NCBI GenBank assembly: GCA_051294905.1
Contig: CM119371.1
Location: forward strand, 22,074,001 to 22,138,000
Source: Botryllus schlosseri
Lineage: Eukaryota
DNA length: 64,000 nt
Direction of reading: 5' to 3'
Shown: positions 1-12,619 of the stretch, in pieces
How the letters are laid out: each line of letters starts with the position of its first letter
Position numbering within the stretch: position 1 is the stretch's first letter
The notes under the pieces: generated by a model
The model's input: only the letters and a program-made list of their open reading frames with translations
The model's database searches: none
What the model was told of the DNA's origin: nothing
Made by a program: the position numbers and the translations under genes

Positions 1-468
1 TTACTGAGCCTCGTAAACGCTTTTCCGAATATCTGACATGTATAGTTTTCAACTCCGGTATGTGCATTCACATGTCTTTTTTCATGTCACTATGCCGGGT
101 AAACGCTTTTCGACAGACCTGCTACTGGTAATTTTAGACTCCAGTATGAGTATTTCCATGTGTTTTCAAGTGACCAAGCCGGCTAAATACTTTTCCGCAG
201 GTCTGACATGCATATTTTTTGACTCCGGTATGTATATGCCCATGTGTTTTCAAGTACCTGAGCTGACTTAACGCTTTCCCTCATATCTGACATGCATAGT
301 TTTTGACGCCAGTATGTGTATTTCCATGTCTTCTCAAGTCACCAAGCTGGGTAAACGCTTTCCCACAGATCTGACACTCATAGTTTTCAACACCAGCATG
401 CTTATGTCTGTGCCTTTCTAAGTCACTAATACCAGTGACTGCTTTTCCGCAGATCTGACATGTGTAGT
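1..468 (-). pseudogene. C2H2 ZNF fragment (about 5 fingers), near-identical copy of 12640-13107
   Basis: ORF 281..472 encodes CQICGK...HTGVKNY fingers. The sequence matches 12640-13107 except at about 2 positions and shares the same in-frame stop. It ends abruptly at 468. Confidence 0.85.
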
Positions 469-3224
469 GCAATAACGAAGCAGATCATGAATAAAAAGAT
501 CCAAGAATAACAAACATATGACTTCAACTTGAAAAGAAATTGATACTGATATGCGCAAATTGCTAATGACCAGAGAATATGCTAAAATGGATATCACTGG
601 TCATCACATATTTTGGTGTCAAGAAAGTTTCAATTGATTTAGCGTAATTGCATGTTGCTGAATCGAAAAATGAATTCCGAATTGGCTCAATTTTTTGAGA
701 TATTCTATATTTTATTAAAAAAAAACTGCTAAATATACCGAATTTTGACGAAGGTGAATTTTTTTTTCAACAACTTTGACGAATCTATATCTGTCTTCAA
801 GCATGTGTATACCGTATTCTTCTAGTTCTGAAGCGATATAGTTTAACACGCAATCGGTAACACAGATATCCTTGTAAATGGGAATCATGTTTCACGTGAA
901 GATCAAGCAAAAACTAGGCGATATTAGCAGTAAACAAACACAGCTGACGTCAAAGCACAAGCACTACTTTTTGTAACCCTCGAAGTACATTTAGTAAGGT
1001 GTCAAAAAAAAGAACCTTACACAGTTATTGAACTACGATATAGCTTTAAAATGATATATTGATGTCATGTGATAACTGTAGGGAGTACTCGACATTGTAG
1101 ATATGATTAACAATACAAAGAAACTGCATCTTATCAGAATATTGCTTATACTTTTATCCTACGATCGCCTGATTTACTGTATGATGCTGTACAGTTTGTA
1201 GAAAGCTGAGGAAATCACTCATAGCGGTAGAGATATAGAGAACAGAAAACAGAGAACAGAAAATATTGGGTATAGGCTGCAGCTCAATATCTTGTGCTCT
1301 CCAAAATGGAGTCTTTTCAATGTCTGCGTTCTGAAATAATGGGATGCTACAATAGCAAATAGACATAGTGGAGTAGCCTATCTGGTCCGCAACTTAAAAT
1401 GTTTGTGTGATAAAGTATAGCATTAGATCATCGCTGCTCATCACACTGTGATACAAAAATTTAAACATTCACATCCAATTGCTCTGAACAACAGACCAAG
1501 CGCAAATTACCATATTATATGTGTTTCTTACCATATTTATAAGTTTCCATACCACGGCAACATTCTACCATACCATATTTGATACTTTTCCCATATTTCC
1601 CAAGTTGTCTAACACTTTTCAAATAAATGCTATTTTTGATGCGTGGAAATTTCCGACGTTTATATTCCGATTATTTTGAATGAAATTATCCATTTAAACT
1701 GCCCAATGCACCAATTCCGTCGTCAATTTCTTAGTGTCGTATTATGTCGGTGATGCCATAGACTAACCATCGAAGAAGAAACGTAAATTATATACCGGTT
1801 TACTTTGAAATCTCAAGGAAAGACCATGACATGAAATAGACTGGAAACCCGCTGCTAGCAGTAATATTGCGATATCATCTACAAAATTAGATTAAACAAA
1901 AGTATTGTCTCATTAGAATATATCTTGGAACACAATAACACATCGCTGCAATCATTAGCGGTTTTGCGTCAGCGGATCAAATGTCAGATTCCTTCGCCAA
2001 TGTGTGGATTATATACTCAGTAGCTACATTAACCAACATTGGGCATCTTTTATCAGAGATAGGCATACTTATTGAAGTTACAATTCATGTTGGAGGCCTG
2101 CATAGCATAACGCTGCTGCAAGACAAAGCTACATATTTTGAATTACAATGGTGGTTTTGTAAAATTGTTGGTGTCTGATGATCATCCGGGCAAAGCGCAG
2201 GAAATGAGTTCTAAGCTCAACAAATTGATATTATATATTATTATAGATCGCTATCTACAATTGAATAGTATATTCATATTGAAATGAACCCGAATATTTC
2301 CGACTGACTATTCAATTGCATATTGAAGTTCTGTACCTCCAAGAAGCTCTTCAGATCGCTATCTCTAATTCATGTGACGCAGTATTTCACCTAGCAGTAT
2401 ACCTGACTATATACTTCAATTGGATATAGATAAAAAAAATACCTATGTATGCTGTTTTAGTCGTCATTGAGTTTCTTAGTCTCAAGATGGGGGTTAACGA
2501 GTTAATATTTCCTTTACACATAAGCCTTGAATAAATTTAGGTGAATGTGCAGATCATTTTTCTAGTGATCAGAGCACCAAATTGAGAAGTGGGATTGCGC
2601 AACATTTTGAAATCCACATTTAATACTTGCGACCATAAAGAGTCTGGGAACCCTTGCTATAACATGACAGCCGTCGACAAATGGAAAGGAGAATTATTGT
2701 CATGGTTCCGGCAAAATTGCGAAAGTATGGAAAAAAATTTCCATGCCATATTTTGAAATTTCCATACTACAACAGGAAAAATACTTGACATTCTCATCTA
2801 GAAACAGATAAGCGTAAAAACAATATGCACTGAAAATGGCTGCGGCGACGAAAAATTGACGTGTGAAAGAGTCTTAGTGACACAAAGATACAAGGCCAAC
2901 TGCATTTCTACAATCCAAGCCCACGAATCGTGCATCATGAAAGGTTATTCATAGATATATGCGCTGTGTAGTTGTACAGATTTGATCGTAATATTATATC
3001 ATGTTTATATGGTGGCAGAGTGAATGGACGGCTACTTCGAGTACCAGCATAATTTATTATATGGTATTTCTGCTCATATAACTGTATCATGTTCAAGATC
3101 ATAATTCTAACAAATTGACTTGTGTTTCGCTATTTCTTTGCCTATTTCAAGTAGTCCTACATTTTTGTATCAGCAGTAACATTTACCACCTGAATGTAGG
3201 GTCTTTAGCTTTTCAACAGAGGTG

Positions 3225-4180
3225 TGCGCATTTCCATGTCTTTTAAAGGTGACCAAACCGGGTAAAGGCTTTTTGAAAGATCTGATATGCACGGTTTATT
3301 GACTCCCGCATGTCAGGTATGTGTATTTCTATGTCTTTTCCAGTCACCAACCGTTTGAGAACGCTTTTCCACAGATCTGGCCTTCATGTTTTTTGACTCC
3401 AATGTGTATATTTCGATGTGTTTTCAAGTCGCTGATTCGCACAAACTATTTTCCACAAATTTGACACTCATTGTTTCCCGTATAGTGGCAGAGTGAATGG
3501 AGGACTCCGTTGGGTAACAGCATACTTTGATACGGAGTATTTCTGTTCATATTACTGTATCATGTTCAAGATCATCACTGCGAGGCGAATTAGACTTGTG
3601 TTTTTCTATTTCTTTGTTCATTTTGAAGTAGTCCTACATTGTTGTATCAGCAGTAACATTCAAGAAACAAATACAAATCGGTTCTTTAGCTGGATGTGTA
3701 TTATCGTGTTTTCCCAAGTAACTGAGCTGACAAAACGCTTTTCCACATATCTTACATTCATAGCTTTCAACTCCAGTATGCATATTTTCATGTTTTCAAA
3801 TCGCTGAGGCGCGCGAACAATTTCCCAGAGGCCTGACACTCATGGTTTTTGACTTAAGTATGTTAATGTCCATGTCTTTTCAAGCCGTGCAAACGCTTTT
3901 CTGCAGATCGGACATTCATAGTTTTTGATTCCAGTATGTGTATGCCCGTGTTTTTCATGATACCGAGACGAATGAATGATTTTCCGCAGGCCTCACATTC
4001 ACAATTTTAGACTCCAGTGTGTGCTGTTCGATGTGCTTCAAACGCCGCCGTTGTAGTGAAGGCTTTACCACAGATATGGAATTCATATCTTCTCTCTTCA
4101 ATGTGGGATTGCAGGTGGGTGTTCATTCCGCCATGGCGATGGACGCATTTCCCACAGATCCAACACATCTTTCTTGTCAT
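3225..4180 (-). pseudogene. C2H2 ZNF pseudogene (type C N-terminus, MTRKMCWICGK...HLQSH)
   Basis: Manual translation from the ATG at 4180 gives MTRKMCWICGKCVHRHGGMNTHLQSHIEER...HTGV* (stop near 4008). Decayed fingers follow at 3690-4000 and 3225-3475. Confidence 0.8.
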
Positions 4181-5149
4181 TCTTCTTCTAATCTACTCCT
4201 TCAAACATCAATCATTCTTTGTGCAATAGCAGATATCGTACCCTTGCATTGCATAGGCTATTACGCTAGTATGCTACTTGTTATATTATAACATCGGTCT
4301 GAAAATTAATGTGATCAAAAAATATAAATCCATATGTGACGAATACTTTGATTATGAACAAAATACAATAAATTCCAAAATCAGCAACATATGATATATT
4401 GATAGGCATTTCCTTGAATACATTTCTGTATCGTACTGCTCTGTAACCAGACACACTGATACGAAGTAACCGACACACATTCTCCAGAACAGGGTGACCT
4501 TGGTGGTATCTGGTGACTTTGAGAATATATCGTAGATGACCAAATTTTCAACCTTGTATTTGTTGGAAGTTGTCGATGCATAAGCTGATGAATACAATGG
4601 TCATTGTGGTTGTGATTGCGGTTGTGTCAGTTCTGATAGGTCAGTTTTCAGTCTCAGCTCGTTTAAATAACAAATGAAATAGAACTAATTCATAAAAAGT
4701 AGTGTGGTTACCATGAATCAAATTTCATTGTAGCCGTCTGTGTCACTTTTAAATCGAAACACGTACTTCGCAGGGTCACCGTAATAATCGGTATATTTAA
4801 ATATACTCGATACGTCAGCACAAGAAATAAAATTCGGACTGTTGGGTATTTAGTTGATAGTGGAATGGTGATAGTTGCAGAAGGTCTACTTTTAAACAGA
4901 AACATGGCACACAAGATAAATCAAATGTGGTGCACTTGGTAGTTAGCTTGGTTATCACAATACGAAAAAAATACCTGTGTTAGTAGTTACAGAAAGACCA
5001 TGTGAATCAAAGCAAACGTGCCAATGAATCATTCAAAACAATTATACTTTTTTCATGCAAGACTTAGACAGCCGTACAAGGCTATATATTCAGTTTCCCT
5101 GTCCAGCGGCTTATGAGCAATGAGCATCATGTGCCCATGGTATGCATAT

Positions 5150-5353
5150 GCACAGATATCACACTCATGGTTTTTCAAACCTGAGTGAGCGGTTCTATGT
5201 TCTATGTGCTTCCAATGCAGTCATTGCAGTGAAGGCTTTCCCACAGATATCACATTCATCTTTTCTCTCTTCGTTGTGGAATTGCAGGTGAGTTTCAATT
5301 TCGCCAGGACCATTGACGCATTTCCTACAGATCCAACAAGTCTTTTTAGGCAT
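5150..5353 (-). pseudogene. Truncated C2H2 ZNF 5' fragment (type C)
   Basis: MPKKTCWICRKCVNGPGEIETHLQFHNEERKDECDICGKAFTAMTALEAHRT*. Homology stops near 5150. Confidence 0.8.
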
Positions 5354-6539
5354 TCTTCCAGGTTACATGTAATACACTCCTTCAAGCATTATACATCAAC
5401 AGTTCTTTGCCCAATAACGAATATTGTCTTCTTGCATGACATAGTATATTGCATAGTATCGTACTTGTTATTTTAGTACATCAGTCTAAAATGCAATATC
5501 ATAACAGAAAAATTGATCAATGATGAATCCGTTTGACGATGAATAAAATACAATAAATTCCAGAACCATCAACATATGATATATTGATAGACGTCACTTT
5601 CAATGCACCCCTCACAAGTTATGAGCCTTAGTTGCCGAAAACAACTTGACTAAATATTTAAATGGAATGCATAAGATGACAGTATAATTGTACTATTGCC
5701 AGATATACCAAAGCTTTAACAGGTAGAGCGTCAACATGAAACAACGATACTATGTGAACATGTTATCATCGATTCTTGAAGCACAGCAAACTGTTTAATC
5801 TGCAAGTCTTAGCAGTGCGATCTCAGCATAAGAGGAGAGGAAAAAAACAAGAGAAGAAAAACCATAAAACGCTTGCAAAACGCCCAGTGGAATCATTCTG
5901 TGCCCGTCTAATGAAATTAAAATGGCAAATACGGTCAAGCATACCATTGAAACACCGAACTACAGGGATGAAATACAAATCGAAACACAAGACGATACCA
6001 TCACATATAAGAGCCACCGTGACATTAAAGGTCAAATCCCCTGCAATAACACCAACAGCAAATGACCTAAAATAAACTTATGCACAAACAGTTGAATACC
6101 ACATACTACATACCATGCTATAAACAGCAATCTAAATCGTCGACACACTGGCCTGCAAACAAATCAGCAAGGCACTGTTATGGGTAGAATAGGCCAAAGT
6201 CAGAGGGTTTGAGGGCACAACGAGGGCACAATACAAATACAGCAAAAATCATGATGATCAATTTCATTTGGGCCATTGGATTTTCCCTCGATGATAAGCT
6301 GTTGCCAATACTTGCCATCGCTAAAGCCGTTTCGGTTAGTGAGGAATAGTAATGTTGGGCACAGGAAAAAAGTTTATTTTGAAACAAAAACAACAATATG
6401 TTGAAACTGTAAACAATTTCAGCATTTCAAAATGCTTTTCTTAGCATTCTTCCGAAATCACAAATCAAGTCGTGGGCCGTAGAATATAACCTGGCGGGCC
6501 ACATTTTGGAGACCTGGTCTATTAAATGTACCCTTGCAA

Positions 6540-7160
6540 TTAAACGTTTTACCGCAGATCTTGCATGCAAAGTCTTTCACAGTTTGACTGCAGTGTGATT
6601 AATCATTATATGATGCTAACTTTGCCATTCTGACAACGGACTTCCCACAGATCTCTCAAGCGTATTTTTTTTTGGCTCCAATGGTCTTTCAGTAGGCCGA
6701 GAGGAGTAAACGCTTTGCCACAGTTCACACGGTCATGATTTTTGAAACCACTGTGTGTTATTAGATGAGTTTTCAATGAAGAGTTCGCAGTGAAAGCTAC
6801 ACTATATACCTCACATTTACAGTTTTCAACTCTGTATTCGTACTCGTACTTGTGTATTCGTATTACTTTTAATTGGCTAATCTGTGTAAACACTTTGCAA
6901 CAGATCCCACACTCAGTTTTTGAGTCCGGTGTTTACTAGAATATGATGCTCTATGTTTGTCTTTGAAGCGAAAGACATTCCACATATTCCACATTCATGG
7001 TTCTTGAAACCGGTGTGGATCATGAGATGTACCTTTGTAGCGAAGGACTTAACACACATCTCAGATTCACAGTTTTTCACTCCAGTGTATATTCTCATGT
7101 TGTTTCAAGTCACTCTTCGCAGTGAACACTTTCTCACAGATCAAACATTCATAATTTCTT
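6540..7160 (-). pseudogene. Decayed finger tail downstream of the 7163 stop
   Basis: ORFs 6913..7098 and 6606..6893 contain frameshifted fingers paralleling fingers 8-13 of the 7163-8335 protein. Confidence 0.75.
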
Positions 7161-7162
7161 AC

Positions 7163-8335
7163 TCAAGTATGTCTATTCATATGTCTCTTCAAGTGATGAA
7201 GCCGACTAAACGCTTTCCCGCAGGCCTCACATCCATAGTTCTTAACTTCAATGTGAATATCAAGGTGGGCAGCTAAAGATTGCTTCGTAAGACCGGACTT
7301 CCCGCAGATCTCACATGCGTAGTTTCTAGCTCTAAGATGTGTGTTCCAATGGTTTTTCAACATGTCGACAGAAGTAAACGCTTTGCCACAGATCATACAG
7401 TCATAATTTTTGAAATCACTGTGGGTTAAAAAATGTGTTTTCAATGAAGACTTCACAGTAAATGCTTTACCACACACTTCACATTTATAGTTACTGACTC
7501 CGTCATGTGTATTCGTGTGAGTTTTCAATTGGCCAATCTCTGTAAACACTTTGCCACAGATCCCGCACTCATAGTTTTTTACTCCAGTGTGAACTCGCAT
7601 GTGACGCTCTAAATTCGTCCTTGAAGTTAACGACTTACCACATATTTCACATTCATGATTCTTGAAACCAGTGTGGATCATCATGTGTGTCTTTAATGAA
7701 TGCTTCTCAGTTAAGGTTTTACCACAGATCTCACAATCATGACTTTTGCTTCCTGTATGTGTATTCTGATGTTTTTTCAAGTCACTCATCCTCATAAAAG
7801 TCTTACCACATATCCAACATTCATAGTTTTTTATTCCAGTATGTATATACATATGCTGTTTCAAGTTGGTGATCCGACTGAAGGCTGTACCACAGATCTC
7901 ACATTCGCAACTTCTGATACTGTGAATATGAATGTATTTTGCCAAATATTGCTTTGTAGCAAAAGACTTTCCACACATGCCACATTCATAGTTTTTCACT
8001 GCAGTGTGTGTATTCGCATGTCTCGTCAATGCTGCATTGTCAGAGAATGATTTTGCACAGATATCACATTTGTGGTTTCTGACTCCAATGTGAATATGAA
8101 TGTGTCTTGCTAAGTGCGGCTTAGTAGCAAATGACTTCCCACAGGTCTCACATTCGTGGAATTCGACACTGGTATGTCTGTAAACATGTCTTTTCAAGCC
8201 AACAATTGAAGTGAATGCTTTTCCACAGATTTCACATTCGGCTTTTTTCTCATCAATGTGGAATCGCAGGTGGCTTTTCATTCCACCATAACGATCAAAG
8301 ATTCGTCCACAGATCGAACATTGGATTTTTCTCAT
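7163..8335 (-). CDS. Multi-finger C2H2 zinc-finger protein (type D), 14 finger units, about 390 aa
   Basis: Tandem CxxC-x12-HxxxH repeats. The likely start is the ATG at 8335 (MRKIQCSIC), in the GAAGA-ATG context seen in most paralogues, not the GTG at 8374. The stop falls where the HTG linker Gly would be. Confidence 0.85.
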   Translation of the reverse strand: MRKIQCSICGRIFDRYGGMKSHLRFHIDEKKAECEICGKAFTSIVGLKRHVYRHTSVEFHECETCGKSFATKPHLARHIHIHIGVRNHKCDICAKSFSDNAALTRHANTHTAVKNYECGMCGKSFATKQYLAKYIHIHSIRSCECEICGTAFSRITNLKQHMYIHTGIKNYECWICGKTFMRMSDLKKHQNTHTGSKSHDCEICGKTLTEKHSLKTHMMIHTGFKNHECEICGKSLTSRTNLERHMRVHTGVKNYECGICGKVFTEIGQLKTHTNTHDGVSNYKCEVCGKAFTVKSSLKTHFLTHSDFKNYDCMICGKAFTSVDMLKNHWNTHLRARNYACEICGKSGLTKQSLAAHLDIHIEVKNYGCEACGKAFSRLHHLKRHMNRHT

Positions 8336-8899
8336 TCTTCCAGCATATGTGGAAATTAATTCTTCAAGCCTCACACCTCAATGGTTCTTTTTTCGTCGAT
8401 TTCCAACACTTGTATGGACAATGCCGTGCTACTGTGCAGTATTTGAATTGTTATCATAGAATAGCAATCTGCAAAGCAATGTGAGAACAAATAAAATGTT
8501 GACCGATCAGTTCGAAAAAAAAAAATCATCATTCCAAAATAATAAAAAGGATAATCAATATCATTGTCGTTGAACATATTTCAGCATCGTAATGATCAGT
8601 AACCAGATAATTAGGATATTGACCGCTACGGATGTTCAACACATATTTTGAACATCGTGATTCCCATGTCTCATATTTGCCTAGGACAGGCGTTGGGAAC
8701 ATGCATATCATGGTATGTAATCACATGTCATATCTAGTAATTGTACATTTTGACTCAAGTCACTGGATTTTCTGAGGTGACTCGAATTATTGAAGTAGCC
8801 GACAAGGCATTGTAATTTGCAAAATTATTGAAGTACTAATTGAGTCAGCATTCATTCATAACACCGGTCAACACAATTTTTGTTGGCCTTTATCGACAC

Positions 8900-9840
8900 C
8901 TTTTTTCCTGACTTTTCGGCGCTGAATTAAAAAATGACCAGTGACCACATTGTCTCAAAAATCCAATATAATAGTACTACTTTTAATATTTTGTGTTTAT
9001 TGTATAAAACGTTTCAAATCCACAAGCAGCCGAAAGTAAATCAATTGACTTCAAATAAACATTTTCACTGCTTTATTTGGTCGATTTAAACTGATATTGC
9101 TTCTGCAGGTCAAATAAAGTGCGAGCTTCAGGGTCCAAATTTATGCCAAAAACTCATATTTCTGTCAATCTGTGGGTTGTCTCGTATGATACTGGAGCAA
9201 TAGTCTGCTAACATGTGAAAGCTCCAATCTACTCTTGTATCGTACCTCTAACCTCTTTAGATATTATGTTACACTTTCTCCTTGCTGACTATGCCAAGGT
9301 TTTCCAGTAAATTATTTCGATACTTTAGCTTTTTTTAATGTCTCCAGTACGACATAAACATATGGAAGTGGACATCAGGGTTACATGTGCATCCTCATTA
9401 CCTGGCCACTAAGATACACAATATTTCCAAGGTGACAAATATGATCCGATCGTGCTTGTGATATTGCAACAATTCAACCTTTCTTTATTATTCACAAAGA
9501 CTGAGTGTGAAATTTTCACTACACTTAAGAAGTTGCTAATTTGGAGAATGTTTCACTTTAGGGTCCTTTTTGAGCGACCAACAGACATTTTCCATTTACT
9601 CGAGTTGTAAATCAGGATTCCTAACTCCTCCAGCAACCTACGGTAACAGTATCATGCCAAACCCACTATCACAGCTATTCACATAGCTATCGAAAGTAGC
9701 CCTACGATGAAAACGTCGTTTCTCATGATCGAAAGTGAGATATCCTCTCAATTATCAACCATGATAAAAGTTCCGAATATTTTGATTTCAAGTCCCAAAG
9801 CCTACGTAGGATCATTTAATTTGTGTCGATGGACTTACTT
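8900..9840 (-). mobile_element. Highly decayed Chapaev3-like (CMC) transposase fossil
   Basis: Frameshifted minus-strand peptides occur in the expected order: LNDPT*ALGL (near 9800), LGILIYNSSKWKMSVGRSKRTLK (near 9600), and ENLG..QGE...LEVRYK..WSFHMLADYCSSIIR (9180-9310). They resemble Chapaev3 motifs LNDLVRDL, EWRLFIDSSKxSLK and GERFHQD..RYQGxW..MLADYCW. Confidence 0.6.
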
Positions 9841-10561
9841 TACGATCTGAATCACCTTCGATTTCAAAATCTTCATCATTAGGCCTGCTATCCCTATGAC
9901 CTTCATCTTGATTCAAATTATGTAGCGATAGGAGTTTAAAGTTACACCAGATAAGCTGAATGGGGCATTTGAATAATAGCTGTTAGTAAACGTAATATTT
10001 ATTTATTTTTGCCATATCCTGCAGATTCATCAAACATGTGTCTGAAATATCCTCGGATGATTACGTCCTCCAACCAAAAATGGATGAAAGCATCAGCCTA
10101 GATCGATACGAGTACTTTAAACTGAGAGACGAGTACCTTCTTAATAATTCAATTAGGCCCTTAGCTATATAACTTATCATATGATAAAATTGTGGATTTC
10201 TATACGGTATGGAAAAGTGATATGGAAAAATTCATGAAAATTTACATATTTTCAGCATATGACATAGCAAAAAATCTTGACGTAATAGAAGGAAACCAGC
10301 GGAACATTTGGAACCAGAAGCCAAAATTAGCCTAAATCAAGTGAAAAATCAAAGTCAACAATTCTTTGTTCGGAAATGACGCTTGTGTAACTAAGTTGGT
10401 TACAGTATTTTTATTTGTAGCAATTGCACTGTTGAACTACTAATTTGCTTCTGAGACAAATACGGTCGAGCATGGCTCATTTTGGAAATCTGTTGGATTA
10501 TCTCTAGTCAATGAGATGTGGCGTCATGCCAAAATGTGCTGACCACGGACACACACCATAG

Positions 10562-10620
10562 CAGGGGTGGGCAAACTGCGAATCGCGTGCCGCATTCGGC
10601 TCTTTCAGCCTTTGATTGCG
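10562..10620. mobile_element. hAT (Charlie/Buster-like) MITE end fragment
   Basis: CAGGGGTGGGCAAAC terminus similar to other CAGGGG-ended elements in the window. No partner end was found. Confidence 0.45.
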
Positions 10621-10749
10621 GTTCTTTATTGATTTCACTCGTGTTTCGCCATTTTGCAAATAGGTCTAACCTCATTATAAATTGATGCATTCTGGCGCGA
10701 ATTAACAATGTGCATTTTGTTTACGTATCGTTTCTTTTCTTGTGATTTA

Positions 10750-10831
10750 CCGTAATTTTCCGTCAGAATTTACACGCCATTTTAAGGGTGCGTATTATAC
10801 ATGGGGGCGCACTATATCCGGAAAATTACGG
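10750..10831. mobile_element. Tiny Tc2/pogo-like MITE
   Basis: TA-flanked inverted ends CCGTAATTTTCCG...CGGAAAATTACGG. Related internal sequence occurs near 27310, 51395-51490, 58290-58390 and 62780-62870. Confidence 0.7.
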
Positions 10832-11214
10832 TACACAAAATTTAGGGGAAGGTGGCACTGTGGCTAGAACTTAGCAATTGAACTCTCGAATCGAGTTCAC
10901 ATAAACATTTTACTCACAACAATGGTGCCTGGTCATCAATCAATGATAAATCTGAACTTGTTTATTGCAAATTCCTACACTAGTTCATCCCAACGGTCCT
11001 TGTGCATGTTTTCCAGTAAAACTATTCGGACTGATCTTAACATGAATTCAAACCAAAGGTCGGCAGAGTCACATGATCAAGTCATATTTCAGCACGTCTC
11101 GCTCATTGGCTACAGTACCCAACACAGTGACCTTGGATATGTAAGAACTATCGCAGGATTTTTGCAATCAATTCAACAAATATTACACATACATATCAAC
11201 AGATAGCTCTAGGC

Positions 11215-11590
11215 ACCAGGTCGACAGGATGAACGCTTTTCCCCAGATCTGACACTCATAGTCTTTGAATCCAGTATGTATATTTCCATATGTTTTCAGG
11301 TCACCAAGCAGCACAAACAATTTTCCCCAGATCTGACAGCCAAGGTTCTTGACTCCAATGTGAGCAGTATGTGTATCCACACGTCTTTTTGAGTGACCGA
11401 TCAGATTATACTCTTTGTCAATGACCCAGCATTCATGATTTTTTAAGCCAGTGTGGGATAGCATATGTTTTTGAAACAAAGGCTTTTCCACAGTTCCCAC
11501 ATTCGGTATTTCTATCATCAATGTGGAATCGCAGGTGAGTTTTCAATTCGTCATGACGATGGAAGCTCTTTTCACACATCGAGCAGATCA
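11215..11590 (-). pseudogene. Truncated C2H2 ZNF pseudogene (type A)
   Basis: ORF 11183..11521 (KHMLSHTGLKNHECWVIDKEYNLIGHSKRRVDTHTAHIGVKN) parallels the N-terminus of 30432-32126, but is frameshifted and truncated. Confidence 0.8.
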
Positions 11591-12619
11591 TCTTCGTCAG
11601 TTTTCAGGATTATCTATAAATCACGTTATTTCTTCGAGTATCACACATCAACCGCTCTCTGCTTGAAAACAAGTATTTAACGATAGCTTGAAATTCATGA
11701 GCTATTACGTAATGGTAGAATTTTTATATTATAGCAACCCTGTCTGAAATACAGAAGAAATTAACAAGAACGATTGTATGATCTATTATTATCAGTTCAG
11801 TAGAAGTTTTAGGCATTGTAATGATCGGCAACCAGACAATCCCGATGAGTAGTTCCTAATAGATATTTCGCACTTATTTTCGAGATCACAATTACATTTC
11901 AGATTCACTTTCGGTTATTTCTTGCGGATAGATCATTTAGGACGTTCATGTTTCAACAGGATCGTACCATAGATTTCAGCACCTAGACTTGTTAATTTAC
12001 TAAGACAATTCATCAAATGCAAAATGTTCAACGATGCTTGATGATTCGAAAAGTTCCATGAATGGGCATGTACTAAAAATAAGCTGTAAGTAAAATGTAA
12101 AAACAACATGAAAACACTCACATTCTGCTACACAAACAGATAAGTTAATATGGTGGCAGAGTAAATGAACGACTTTTTCGAGAAACAACATATGTCAATG
12201 GGTATTTCAGTCATTTCAGGGCTAATTCTAATTTAACAATTTATCACATATAAAATGTTTTATGATGCTTGACAAAACAAACACCTCTTCGATTATACAA
12301 TCGAATTCGAAGTAACCAAGTCTAAGTTATGGCGAATGTAAATGCCGCTTTTCCTCAATTCACTTGTTCGTAACCTTTAATAGCCAGGATTACCCTTACA
12401 ATATTGTGAAAGCCATCGAGGGCGGGGGGAGTCATTACACACTCATAACACTCATCCTTTACAGTAAAGAGTGGTTTCGCCATCTTTTGGAAATTTGATG
12501 CAAATAGAACATTTGGGACGTTCAGATTTCAACTTGACAGTCTAATAGAATTCAGCTCCATGACATTGAACCGTAAAGTTACTCTTTGACATTCATTCGC
12601 TTGTGATTCCGATAAAGTT

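Noticed and set aside
8371..8577. Upstream ORF as a coding effector exon for the ZNF genes
   Set aside because: It stops before the finger ORF, and the equivalent frame is closed or shifted in the paralogues checked.
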